Source of the DNA: Bdellovibrionales bacterium
Lineage (GTDB): Bacteria > Bdellovibrionota > Bdellovibrionia > Bdellovibrionales > UBA1609
DNA: 64,000 bases
Assembly (NCBI GenBank): GCA_965200875.1
Contig: OZ241456.1
Location: forward strand, 992,001 to 1,056,000
Direction: 5' to 3'
Numbering within the stretch: position 1 is the first letter of the stretch; the number at the start of each line of letters is the position of its first letter. The translations under genes were made by a program, and so were the position numbers. This document shows positions 17,856 to 27,351 of the stretch, in pieces. The notes under the pieces are model-generated. The model was not told where the DNA came from, did not search any database, and worked only from the letters and a program-made list of their open reading frames with translations.

Positions 17856-20162
17856 GTTTACTGCCGCACAGGCAGCTTAGAAAATACAATACGAGTCGGT
17901 ATTGTTCTAACAGCGGTTTACTGCCGCACAGGCAGCTTAGAAAAGTTATATCTTTGTGAAGTTCCGTAAGCAAACGTTTACTGCCGCACAGGCAGCTTAG
18001 AAAACCATATCTTCCCTGAATAACCGGACCTATAAGTTTACTGCCGCACAGGCAGCTTAGAAAAGCTTATGAGTCTTTGTTTTCCGCCGTAATAAGTTTA
18101 CTGCCGCACAGGCAGCTTAGAAATCCAACATGGTTTATAAAAAGAGTGTACTTGTGTTTACTGCCGCACAGGCAGCTTAGAAAAACAAAGCCAGCCGGAC
18201 AGCTTAAGGAGGAACGTTTACTGCCGCACAGGCAGCTTAGAAATAACAGCCATTTTTGAAACATCCTCTTTTGACGTTTACTGCCGCACAGGCAGCTTAG
18301 AAATCTATCTGCACACCGGCTCTGGGTGTGTATAAGTTTACTGCCGCACAGGCAGCTTAGAAATTCCGCCTGGAGGGTCTGGTGGATAAAGGTGGGTTTA
18401 CTGCCGCACAGGCAGCTTAGAAATGAATATAAACGCCGATAAAATTAAGCCTTGTGTTTACTGCCGCACAGGCAGCTTAGAAAACTTGTTTGGTGCTGGT
18501 GTGAGTGAGGAATTTGTTTACTGCCGCACAGGCAGCTTAGAAAACCAACATATTTATCATTTTAATTCTCCTTTTGTTTACTGCCGCACAGGCAGCTTAG
18601 AAAAGGACATTTTTTCAAGAACCGCGGATTATAATGTTTACTGCCGCACAGGCAGCTTAGAAAAGTTGACCAATTTGATGCTGTACTTCCTGATAGTTTA
18701 CTGCCGCACAGGCAGCTTAGAAAAAACCCTTACTCTGAGCTAAAAATATCAAAAAGTTTACTGCCGCACAGGCAGCTTAGAAAGGCTGTATTAAGCGATG
18801 TTGAAATTGATTAAAGTTTACTGCCGCACAGGCAGCTTAGAAATTTAAAGTTAAGCTATACCTTGGTTTTCTATTGTTTACTGCCGCACAGGCAGCTTAG
18901 AAAAGAGTACGGCAGGTTTTAATATGCTTATACGCGTTTACTGCCGCACAGGCAGCTTAGAAAAGATTATTCCACTCAGCAAAGCTCCACTACATGTTTA
19001 CTGCCGCACAGGCAGCTTAGAAATGCAAAGGGTTCAACATAATGTAGTTTTTTATGTTTACTGCCGCACAGGCAGCTTAGAAATGTATATGTGGGCTCGG
19101 AATCATCAAGATTGTGTTTACTGCCGCACAGGCAGCTTAGAAATAAAAGATTTTGTTGCCTAAAAGCTCCAGTTAGTTTACTGCCGCACAGGCAGCTTAG
19201 AAATTTTAATGTGGCCTTTATAGCTCCTGTTTCAGGTTTACTGCCGCACAGGCAGCTTAGAAAAGTTTAAGGAAATGAGTAAAAAAGATCAATTTGTTTA
19301 CTGCCGCACAGGCAGCTTAGAAATATTCAATGGAGTGGGCAAAAAAAATAAAAAAGTTTACTGCCGCACAGGCAGCTTAGAAATTAAAAACCACCTGGCA
19401 AAAGCTGTTTGAATGGTTTACTGCCGCACAGGCAGCTTAGAAATTGATACACGCGCAACCGGTACAATCACTTTTGTTTACTGCCGCACAGGCAGCTTAG
19501 AAATAAAAAGAAGTCTCCCCCGAAAAGCCTCTGTGTTTACTGCCGCACAGGCAGCTTAGAAAAAACCCAGGCCACATAGGCCGTTTTAAAAAATGTTTAC
19601 TGCCGCACAGGCAGCTTAGAAACATATCCGGGAAGGTGGACTTGGTAAATCAGTGTTTACTGCCGCACAGGCAGCTTAGAAATTTAGTGGCTCTGTTATT
19701 GATTCTGTTTTCATGTTTACTGCCGCACAGGCAGCTTAGAAATCAAGTTATTTATCCAGAATCCGATCAGTATTGTTTACTGCCGCACAGGCAGCTTAGA
19801 AAAAAACACCATTGATAATCAAACAAATCTTTAAGTTTACTGCCGCACAGGCAGCTTAGAAATCAACAGCCAGAGGTACAAGCACTTTACAGACGTTTAC
19901 TGCCGCACAGGCAGCTTAGAAATTGACATGCCATTTGCACACACTCAACTTCGTGTTTACTGCCGCACAGGCAGCTTAGAAATTCCTGTCATACGAACAG
20001 GAGTACATTTATACGTTTACTGCCGCACAGGCAGCTTAGAAATTTGTTAAGGTTAAAAAAAAAGAGGACAGTCTGTTTACTGCCGCACAGGCAGCTTAGA
20101 AAAATATCAGCAGCACTCTTACCCTTAAGTGTGTGTTTACTGCCGCACAGGCAGCTTAGAAA
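17856..20162 (+). CRISPR. Type I-F CRISPR array: 39 identical 28-bp repeats GTTTACTGCCGCACAGGCAGCTTAGAAA, 38 spacers (32 nt; one of 31 nt at 19504-19534)
   Basis: 60-bp periodicity read directly; CTGCC-GCACA-GGCAG hairpin typical of Cas6f substrates. Confidence 0.99.
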
Positions 20163-20165
20163 GTG

Positions 20166-21306
20166 ATGTGGGGCTGAACAACGTTTTACGGCAAAATGAA
20201 GTATGTAAAAAGCTGTTTGCTCATACACAAAGTTAAATATTGTATTAAAAAAAAAACACCTTTAAGATATAAGAAATATTATCTTCACTCTGAGGTTTTA
20301 TATGACAAAAACAACAAAAAAATTGCCTGTCGGGCATCACGATATATTTTTTAAAGCGTGCTATTCCAACCCCTGCTTTGCCAAGGAGTTGTTTCAGCTA
20401 GTTCTTTCTAAAGAGGAGTTAGCCATCTTTGACTGGGAGAACCTCAAGGCTGAAAAAGATAGCTTTCAGGATTTAAGGGCAGACTTGGTTTTTTCTGTTC
20501 CGCTTAAAAATCAGCCAGGTAAGAAAGCCAAACTTTGTTTGCTTTTAGAACATAAGTCTCGTTTCAGTCGCCGAATGTATCATCAGGTTCTTAAATACAA
20601 AACCCTTATTATAGGTAAGAGTCTGGAGAAAGTAGAGGATGATTGCCTTGTTATAGCATCTGTATTTTATCATGGAAAAGAACCTTGGAAGTGGGCAAAA
20701 TCATTCAAAAAAGGACTTTGGGGGCGTATTTTGCCGGAAATTCCTTCTTCTTTGGAAAAGGATATGTTAGATTATGGGATAAGGGTTTTAGACACCCATG
20801 ATCCCAAAGTGGAGAAAGCCATTTGTGACAAAAATTTTAAGAGTCGTGGTTTTTTAAGTGCGTTAAAGAAAGTATGGTCTTTCAAAGCAGAAGAGAAGGA
20901 ATTGAAAGAGATAGTTTCGTTATTTGATAACTGGACTGGTGACAAAGAAGATTTAGTACTAAGTGTGGGAGATTATTTTTGGTCGTCTGTTTCCGGTATG
21001 ACAAAGGAATTATGGGAGAAGTTGGAACATGAGGCTGTTATTAAAGGTATTTTTTCAAAAGGAGGTTATATGAACATAAGAGAGCACATTAAAGAGGAAG
21101 GTCGACAAGAAGGTATGCAACAGGGTATGCAACAAGGTATGCAACAGGGTATGCAACAGGGTATGCAACAGGGTCAAAAAGAGCTGATTTTAAAATTACT
21201 TAAAAATGGTGTGGATTTGCAGGTTCTTTGCAAAGGCACGGGACTTTCCGAAGAAGAAATTAAAAAACTTAATAACAGTGACTAAGAATGCCAATTAATT
21301 TTCTTT
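20166..21306 (+). repeat. Right copy of ~1.13 kb direct repeat (post-array sequence + rpn)
   Basis: Matches 5933-7061 (start offset 14233). Confidence 0.96.
20302..21285 (+). CDS. Rpn/YhgA-family PD-(D/E)XK nuclease, copy 2
   Basis: Protein identical to 6069-7040 except for one extra GMQQ unit. Confidence 0.92.
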   Translation: MTKTTKKLPVGHHDIFFKACYSNPCFAKELFQLVLSKEELAIFDWENLKAEKDSFQDLRADLVFSVPLKNQPGKKAKLCLLLEHKSRFSRRMYHQVLKYKTLIIGKSLEKVEDDCLVIASVFYHGKEPWKWAKSFKKGLWGRILPEIPSSLEKDMLDYGIRVLDTHDPKVEKAICDKNFKSRGFLSALKKVWSFKAEEKELKEIVSLFDNWTGDKEDLVLSVGDYFWSSVSGMTKELWEKLEHEAVIKGIFSKGGYMNIREHIKEEGRQEGMQQGMQQGMQQGMQQGMQQGQKELILKLLKNGVDLQVLCKGTGLSEEEIKKLNNSD

Positions 21307-21312
21307 TGTTGT

Positions 21313-21349
21313 AAGTATGTCGCAAGTATGTCGCAAGTATGTCGCAAGT
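21313..21349. repeat. 11-bp tandem repeat (AAGTATGTCGC)x3 plus partial unit
   Basis: Read directly between the convergent rpn and fic stop codons. Confidence 0.85.
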
Positions 21350-21355
21350 TTAGCA

Positions 21356-22552
21356 CTATTTTAAAAGACGATAAAATTGTTGGTTGGTTTTTCCTTCTGT
21401 CTCAATGATGTTTTTATCGACCATATCTTTTAAATCTCTTTGCAAGGTTCTTTTAGTGATTGTAGATACTGTTTTTCCAACTTTTTGTATTTTCTTTTTT
21501 AATTCTTCAAAATCTTTTGGAAGGAGTTTTCCATTTTCCAGAATATGCTCAATGATTAACCCTTGTCTTTGTGATAAATTATGATTTTGTACCAAAGCAT
21601 CTTTAAAGATAACTTTTTTTCCAATATCCATAACTTCATTCATTTGAAATAAAAAACCTTTCACAAAATACTCCAACCAACCTGTCATATCCATATTATT
21701 GTTTCTGACAGACTGAATGGCTTGGTAAAAATTTTGTCTGTCTTTATCGTAATACTCACTGATAGAAAAGAGCTTTTTAAAATCATAATCTTTTTGATAA
21801 AGAAAAGCTGTGCAGAGAAGTCGCGATGTGCGCCCATTACCATCTACAAAAGGGTGAATATGCACAAACTGAAACTGAATAATACCACTTTTTAAAACAG
21901 GATGAATATCCGATTCTGTATTTATCCAATCCACAAAATCTTTCATAAGAGCCGGTACTTCCTTCGGCTTAGGAGGTATATAAATAATTTCTTTGGTGAC
22001 AGCATTACCAATATAATTTTGTATATTTCTATATCTTCCTGGCCGAGCACTCCCTCCCCGCACCCCTTTAACCAGTTCTTTGTGAATTTTCTTAATAAGA
22101 GATTCTGTAATTATTTTTTGCAAAGCTTGTTTTGAATTACTTTTTTCTTTATTAAATTTACTTATACTGATCTTTTTTGAGTGTTCATGTTTCACATTTT
22201 CCTTTGAAGGTAGAAAAACCTTGGAAGTAGCAGACTTTTCAAAACCTATGTAGTTTAAAACCAAGTTAAAAGCGTCTCTGTAGTTTTGAACTTCTTTTAT
22301 ATCCTCTTTATTGGCCGTGGGGACTTTTTTTCCTTTCAGTATTTGTTTTGATTGTTCAAAAGTTAACTGTGTTCCTTCTATATGAGTAGTGTGATGAGCT
22401 TCCAACAAAAAGCTTTTTTGACTCATCTTTTTTATCCATTGATTTGATAAATTAGTAGCTTTTAAAAAACCTCTGGCTTGCTCAATTTTCATAAGATGAT
22501 TAAGCATGGGCTGGGTGACAGTAAACTGTGGAGAAAATAATTTTCTGCTCAT
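21356..22552 (-). CDS. Fic-domain protein with C-terminal HTH
   Basis: HPFVDGNGRTSR catalytic motif; N-terminal HTTHIEG inhibitory-type motif; RTLQRDLKDMV winged-HTH-like end. Confidence 0.93.
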   Translation of the reverse strand: MSRKLFSPQFTVTQPMLNHLMKIEQARGFLKATNLSNQWIKKMSQKSFLLEAHHTTHIEGTQLTFEQSKQILKGKKVPTANKEDIKEVQNYRDAFNLVLNYIGFEKSATSKVFLPSKENVKHEHSKKISISKFNKEKSNSKQALQKIITESLIKKIHKELVKGVRGGSARPGRYRNIQNYIGNAVTKEIIYIPPKPKEVPALMKDFVDWINTESDIHPVLKSGIIQFQFVHIHPFVDGNGRTSRLLCTAFLYQKDYDFKKLFSISEYYDKDRQNFYQAIQSVRNNNMDMTGWLEYFVKGFLFQMNEVMDIGKKVIFKDALVQNHNLSQRQGLIIEHILENGKLLPKDFEELKKKIQKVGKTVSTITKRTLQRDLKDMVDKNIIETEGKTNQQFYRLLK

Positions 22553-22593
22553 TTCTTTTTGTTTTTATTTAACTTTTTTTCTGTTCATTTTAT

Positions 22594-22932
22594 CTATAAA
22601 TCATCACTTGCCAGAGAGAACAAAACACTTTCCAGTTTTTCCATGCGTGCTTGATTATACTCTTTTGTATCATCAAATCTATTGTTAAACTTATCAAGTT
22701 TATTGTCAAAAACATAAGCAAAAACAATACAAAAAATAGTAACGGCTCCTATTCCCCAATATTTAAGATTTGATAGGTGTTTATCAATGTGTAATAGCTG
22801 TTTATCAAACTGTTCTTGTAGTTCTTGTTTTATATCAAGTTTAAAAGATCTAAAATCAAGATATAAATTTTTAATATTATTTTTCTCTTTTTCTTTTGTT
22901 TCTTTATAATTTTCCGACATTTTATAACTCAT
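22594..22932 (-). CDS. Hypothetical coiled-coil protein with one TM segment
   Basis: 112-aa ATG ORF; hydrophobic YWGIGAVTIFCIVFAYVF segment. Confidence 0.55.
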   Translation of the reverse strand: MSYKMSENYKETKEKEKNNIKNLYLDFRSFKLDIKQELQEQFDKQLLHIDKHLSNLKYWGIGAVTIFCIVFAYVFDNKLDKFNNRFDDTKEYNQARMEKLESVLFSLASDDL

Positions 22933-23104
22933 AGGTTTTAATTATATCATACAAAAAACAGTAGTTTACAATACAAAATCAAAAAAACTGGAAAATAAAG
23001 GTAAGGAGAACACTGCTCTTTTGTAACATTATCAGTCTAAAAGTCAAATAGATGTAAAAAATGGGATACTATCGCTTGATAAAGCCAGCTAAACAAATTC
23101 CTGA

Positions 23105-23192
23105 TTGATCCATTCGACACAATCTTTCATAAGAGCCGGTACTTCCTTCGGCTTAGGAGGTATATAAATAATTTCTTTGGTGACAGCATTAC
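23105..23192 (-). pseudogene. Internal fragment of a fic gene
   Basis: 23121-23192 is identical to 21937-22008; the adjacent bases encode a diverged DCVEWIN versus DFVDWIN. Confidence 0.85.
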
Positions 23193-23460
23193 TAAGATAT
23201 ACGATTCCATGTGAGGTTTTTAGAGAATTTTTGTCAGAGTATCTCATGTTCCTGAAAAAAAGTTAATTATTTTAATAACTTAGAGTAAAAAATCACAAAA
23301 TCCCAGAAAAATGGTCATCCATTCTTAGCGATGTATTGTGCTCTCTTTTTCTTTATGATTTCCACTTTTTTCTCTGTGATAAGTGGTCAGAAGTCAGTTT
23401 GTAGGGTGGATATTTGTAATTATTTTTAATGGTTTTATTGTTATTACCGATAAGTGGATT

Positions 23461-23823
23461 ATGAAAATAATAATCCTGTTATTATCTGTGTTTCTTTTTG
23501 TTATAGGTTGTAACATGAATCTATTTAGCCAATTCTCCACAAGTGGAGAATCCCTTGGTGGAAAATCCCCTAGTGGAGAACCCCCTAGTTGTAAGCAACA
23601 GTTTGATAGTTTTAGAAATTGCAGTATAAAACAGTATGATCTCGTGGATTGTTTCGGTAATTCTGACCAAGGCAGAAAGTTTTCTGATGAGGTAAATTTA
23701 TACTGTGGTGGTTTATACTTTTCTCCTGATTCTCAGGAAAAATGCCCAGAAGAGTCAAAGCAAATACCGGATATTTTGGAAGCACTACTTCAATCAGTTC
23801 TTGAAAGGTGTAAAGTAGAATAG
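23461..23823 (+). CDS. Putative Cys-rich lipoprotein
   Basis: MKIIILLLSVFLFVIGC lipobox-like signal. Confidence 0.6.
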   Translation: MKIIILLLSVFLFVIGCNMNLFSQFSTSGESLGGKSPSGEPPSCKQQFDSFRNCSIKQYDLVDCFGNSDQGRKFSDEVNLYCGGLYFSPDSQEKCPEESKQIPDILEALLQSVLERCKVE

Positions 23824-23861
23824 TCGCAATCATGTTTTCAAAAAAGAACAGACTATATCTG

Positions 23862-24542
23862 TTAAATATTTAATTTCATTTTCTGAAAATGAGAAATTAA
23901 AACTTCAGAAGATAATGTTTCTAAGAAAGGGAGTTCCAGTAAAACAGGTGCTTTAGCTGAAATATCTTTTTTGTTCATGGGATGAAAAGCACCTACCATA
24001 ATCACCCCTAAGATTGAAATTTTTTTGGACTTTAAAACAGTTAAAGTCAGAAAGGTATGATTAAGGGTGCCTAACCCACTTCTTGCAACAATAATAACAG
24101 GGCAATCCCATTTTTTCATAAGAGCAGTCATATCTTCTTTATCGTTAAAAGGAACCAGTGCTCCGCCTGCTCCTTCTATTATAAGGTTGGAGGAAGAGCA
24201 AATCGGCAGATGAATACTTTGACTTTTAATATAAATATCTTCCAGTTTTCCCGCTTGGTTAGGAGAAAGAGGATTTTTTAAAGTATAAGAGGAAGGATGA
24301 ATGTTCTTTGCCGGTATAAACCAGCTCAGGATTTCATTATCTGTTTTTGGAAGGATATGATTGTTTGAAATGTTTTTCAGTTTGGTGGTTTTGTGGGTGT
24401 TTTCATTTGCTGTTAGAGTTGGGCATTCATAACCCGCTTGAATGGGTTTCCAGTAATGGGCAGGCCAAGTCAGACACAAGCCGGCTGACACAATGGTTTT
24501 TCCCACATCAGTATCTGTTCCTGTTACGAATATTTTTTTCAT
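23862..24542 (-). CDS. bioD: Dethiobiotin synthase
   Basis: FVTGTDTDVGKT, WKPIQAG, IEGAGG, LGTLNHT. Confidence 0.93.
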   Translation of the reverse strand: MKKIFVTGTDTDVGKTIVSAGLCLTWPAHYWKPIQAGYECPTLTANENTHKTTKLKNISNNHILPKTDNEILSWFIPAKNIHPSSYTLKNPLSPNQAGKLEDIYIKSQSIHLPICSSSNLIIEGAGGALVPFNDKEDMTALMKKWDCPVIIVARSGLGTLNHTFLTLTVLKSKKISILGVIMVGAFHPMNKKDISAKAPVLLELPFLETLSSEVLISHFQKMKLNI

Positions 24543-24663
24543 GGTTTTTCAACTCTATAGTATATTGTACAGGAGAAATTTGTTAAAAGCCATTGAAAAT
24601 ATTTATTTCTTTGTTTTGCATGTTCAGCTTTTGATTTGTATCTTGGCTGATTGTTTTAAATTT

Positions 24664-24858
24664 TTAGTTTTCATTGGGGAAACAATCGAATTTTGCTAAT
24701 GTTCTATTAGTTGTTTCATTTTTTAGTTTGTTACATTCTTCTTTACTGATCCCTTCAGGACAACTTCCTATTAGATCAATTTGTATCAGCTGTTCACAGG
24801 GGATACTGTGGCAATTTGATAGAAAGATCAGAGTAAGCAGGAACAAGGTAGTTTTCAT
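24664..24858 (-). CDS. Small putative lipoprotein
   Basis: MKTTLFLLTLIFLSNC signal with Cys. Confidence 0.45.
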   Translation of the reverse strand: MKTTLFLLTLIFLSNCHSIPCEQLIQIDLIGSCPEGISKEECNKLKNETTNRTLAKFDCFPNEN

Positions 24859-24864
24859 GGTGTG

Positions 24865-25311
24865 CTACCTGTGATTGTAATAGTTGGGTTGTAAATTTGC
24901 AAAAAATGTACTATGTCTATTTTCTGTTGTTTCAGCACTCAGATCTTTCATATCCACCCGGACATGAGGGCCTGATCTGAAGTAGTAATCAGAAAGCGCG
25001 AATAATTTTTCAGAAGGAAGCAACATAGTGTGATTATCCGGCAACTGCTTGACAACTTGAGCACGAAAATCCGCATATCTTGACATCCAGCGATTAAAAG
25101 AGTAATATACATGCTCTTTGACAGTCTCGGACAATTCCGGTGAAACACAAACTTTTATGGGAAATTCATCCATACTCCAAGTATATAAGTATTTTGTTGT
25201 TTTTTCACCTTTTTCATCAAAGGATTCATGGTTATCAAAATACCCGGCCTTAATACCGGGAGACTTTAAAAGGAGACAGAACAGTATCGTAGTCAAAAAT
25301 ATGTATTTCAT
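24865..25311 (-). CDS. Secreted hypothetical protein (possibly truncated)
   Basis: Signal-peptide-like N-terminus; 148 aa. Confidence 0.5.
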   Translation of the reverse strand: MKYIFLTTILFCLLLKSPGIKAGYFDNHESFDEKGEKTTKYLYTWSMDEFPIKVCVSPELSETVKEHVYYSFNRWMSRYADFRAQVVKQLPDNHTMLLPSEKLFALSDYYFRSGPHVRVDMKDLSAETTENRHSTFFANLQPNYYNHR

Positions 25312-25461
25312 CGGTTGTGATTTTTGTTTTTATTCAGACAAATAGTCAATATTTTACTGGGAAGAAGTGTAAATTGTGTTTTACTTTGTGAAATTATTTC
25401 ACTAATATAAGTTGTGTTTATAGATTTATAGAGTTTATATTTAATTGAAGGAAAAAAGGCA

Positions 25462-26430
25462 ATGTATACTTCTGAATCGGTGCAAACAGACAGGCTGAAA
25501 ACAGCAATGGCGGAAGTGCGAAAAGTTATTGTGGGTCAGCAGGAAATGCTAGATAGTATTTTTATTGGCTTGTTGACAGGAGGACATATTCTTATTGAAG
25601 GGGTCCCGGGTTTGGCTAAAACCCTAGCTATTTCTTCTGTGGCTCAGGTCACTTCTTTGGAGTTCAAACGAGTTCAGTTTACACCAGATCTTCTGCCAAC
25701 GGATATTATAGGAACTATGATTTTCAACTCCATGAGCCAGGCTTTTTCCATAAAAAAAGGGCCTGTTTTTACCAATATTTTGTTGGCCGATGAAATTAAC
25801 CGAGCACCTGCTAAGGTGCAAAGCGCACTTTTGGAGGCTATGGCCGAAAAACAGGTTACCATCGGAGAAAACAGCTTTGGCCTAGAAGAGCCTTTTTTAG
25901 TGTTGGCCACTCAGAATCCTATCGAGCAGGAAGGGACTTATAATCTCCCGGAAGCGCAACTGGATCGTTTTTTGTTCAAGGTGAAAGTTGATTATTCCAC
26001 GCGCAGTCAGGAAATGGAGATTTTAAATCGTATGTCCTCTTTGGATGAACCCTCTGTTCAGCCTGTCCTGTCCGCAGTGGATATTGTGGCTTTTCGAAAA
26101 AAAGTGGATGAGGTGTATTTGGATGATAAACTGAAAAACTATATTGTGGACTTGGTTATGGCCACTAGGAAACCAAAAGACTATGGTCTGATGGATATGG
26201 TGCCTTTTGTTTCTCTGGGGGCTTCTCCTAGGGCTACGGTAAATTTTCCAAAAGCGGCCAAAGCCTGTGCATTTATCAAAGAAAGAAATTATGTTTCTGC
26301 TGATGATATAAAAGCAGTGGCTTATCCTATATTACGGCACAGGCTGGTGTTATCTTATGAAGCGCAGGCGGAAGAGATGGACTCAGATCAGATTATTGAT
26401 CAAATTATCAGAAGGGTTAGAGTGTCTTGA
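25462..26430 (+). CDS. MoxR-family AAA+ ATPase
   Basis: GHILIEGVPGLAKT, RVQFTPDLLP, LADEINRAPAKVQSALLEAM, ATQNPIEQEGTY. Confidence 0.95.
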   Translation: MYTSESVQTDRLKTAMAEVRKVIVGQQEMLDSIFIGLLTGGHILIEGVPGLAKTLAISSVAQVTSLEFKRVQFTPDLLPTDIIGTMIFNSMSQAFSIKKGPVFTNILLADEINRAPAKVQSALLEAMAEKQVTIGENSFGLEEPFLVLATQNPIEQEGTYNLPEAQLDRFLFKVKVDYSTRSQEMEILNRMSSLDEPSVQPVLSAVDIVAFRKKVDEVYLDDKLKNYIVDLVMATRKPKDYGLMDMVPFVSLGASPRATVNFPKAAKACAFIKERNYVSADDIKAVAYPILRHRLVLSYEAQAEEMDSDQIIDQIIRRVRVS

Positions 26431-27302
26431 CGGCTCCAAATTCTGTTCTTAAAAAAGTAAGGTTGGTTGAATTAAAACTGCGAAAGCGGGTAAAAGACCT
26501 TTTTGCGGGAGGTTATCGATCTGCTTTTAAAGGGCAGGGTATGATTTTTTCTGATTACCGCAAATATGTGCCAGGAGATGACACCCGTGCTATCAACTGG
26601 CCTTTGACAGCCAAGTTGGGAGAACCCTATATAAAAATTTTTGAGGAGGAAAAAGGAGCTACTTTTATGGTGGTGATGGATGTAAGTGGTTCTTTTGATA
26701 TGGGAACAACAGGTTTTAAAGGAGAGTCTGCTTGCGAATTGGCTTCTTTAATCACGCTGAGTGCCCAGAGAAATCAGGATGCTGTGGGCTTGTTGCTCTT
26801 TTCTGATCGTGTGGAACATTATGTACCACCTTTTCGTGGTTCCAAGCACAGTTTAAGAATTGTGAGAGACCTTTATTCTTTCAAAAGAAAGTCAGCCAAA
26901 ACGGATATCCTTCCTGCATTGGATTTTTTAAATAGTGTCTTAAAAAAACGTTGCCATATTTTTTTATTCAGTGATTTTTTTGTATCCTCTTCTTTTGCGA
27001 AACAACTGAAAATAACCGCCCGGCGACATGATGTGGTTGCGGGCATTGTTTGCGATCCGTTTGAAACTCAAATCCCCGCATTGGGTTTAATGGAAATGGA
27101 AGATTCAGAAACGGGACAAAGAAGGGTTGTAGACACTTCCTCTTTTGTATTTGCAGAAGAATATAAAACAGGAATAAAAAACAGAAGACAAGAAGTGGAA
27201 AAAAGTTTAAATCAATCCGGTGTGGATCATTTTCTTGTGTATACAGATCAGGATATTTTTAAGCAATTTATAATGTTTATCAAAAAAAAGAGGGAAAGGT
27301 AA
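26427..27302 (+). CDS. DUF58 domain protein
   Basis: SAFKGQGMIFSDYRKYVPGDDTRAINW; position after MoxR. Confidence 0.9.
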   Translation: MTAPNSVLKKVRLVELKLRKRVKDLFAGGYRSAFKGQGMIFSDYRKYVPGDDTRAINWPLTAKLGEPYIKIFEEEKGATFMVVMDVSGSFDMGTTGFKGESACELASLITLSAQRNQDAVGLLLFSDRVEHYVPPFRGSKHSLRIVRDLYSFKRKSAKTDILPALDFLNSVLKKRCHIFLFSDFFVSSSFAKQLKITARRHDVVAGIVCDPFETQIPALGLMEMEDSETGQRRVVDTSSFVFAEEYKTGIKNRRQEVEKSLNQSGVDHFLVYTDQDIFKQFIMFIKKKRER

Positions 27303-27351
27303 CTAGTTTGAAAATGGAATCTGAGGATACATATTTGAGGATATATGTTAT

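Noticed and set aside
17884..20134. Self-targeting spacers
   Set aside because: Only short (~9-12 nt) chance matches noticed, such as AAAAGCTGTTTG; an exhaustive search was not possible by eye.
9433..20162. Possible CRISPR-associated transposon (I-F3 CAST)
   Set aside because: No tnsA/B/C or tniQ; Cas3 and Cas1 are intact and Csy1 and Csy2 are separate, so this is canonical I-F1.
18067..20228. ORFs with repeating VYCRTGSLE / FLSCLCGSK / LLPHRQLR peptides
   Set aside because: They are translations of CRISPR repeats, not genes.
4510..25400. tRNA-Arg 3' duplication (attR) and integrase defining an island
   Set aside because: I found neither a second copy of the tRNA 3' end nor an integrase in the window.
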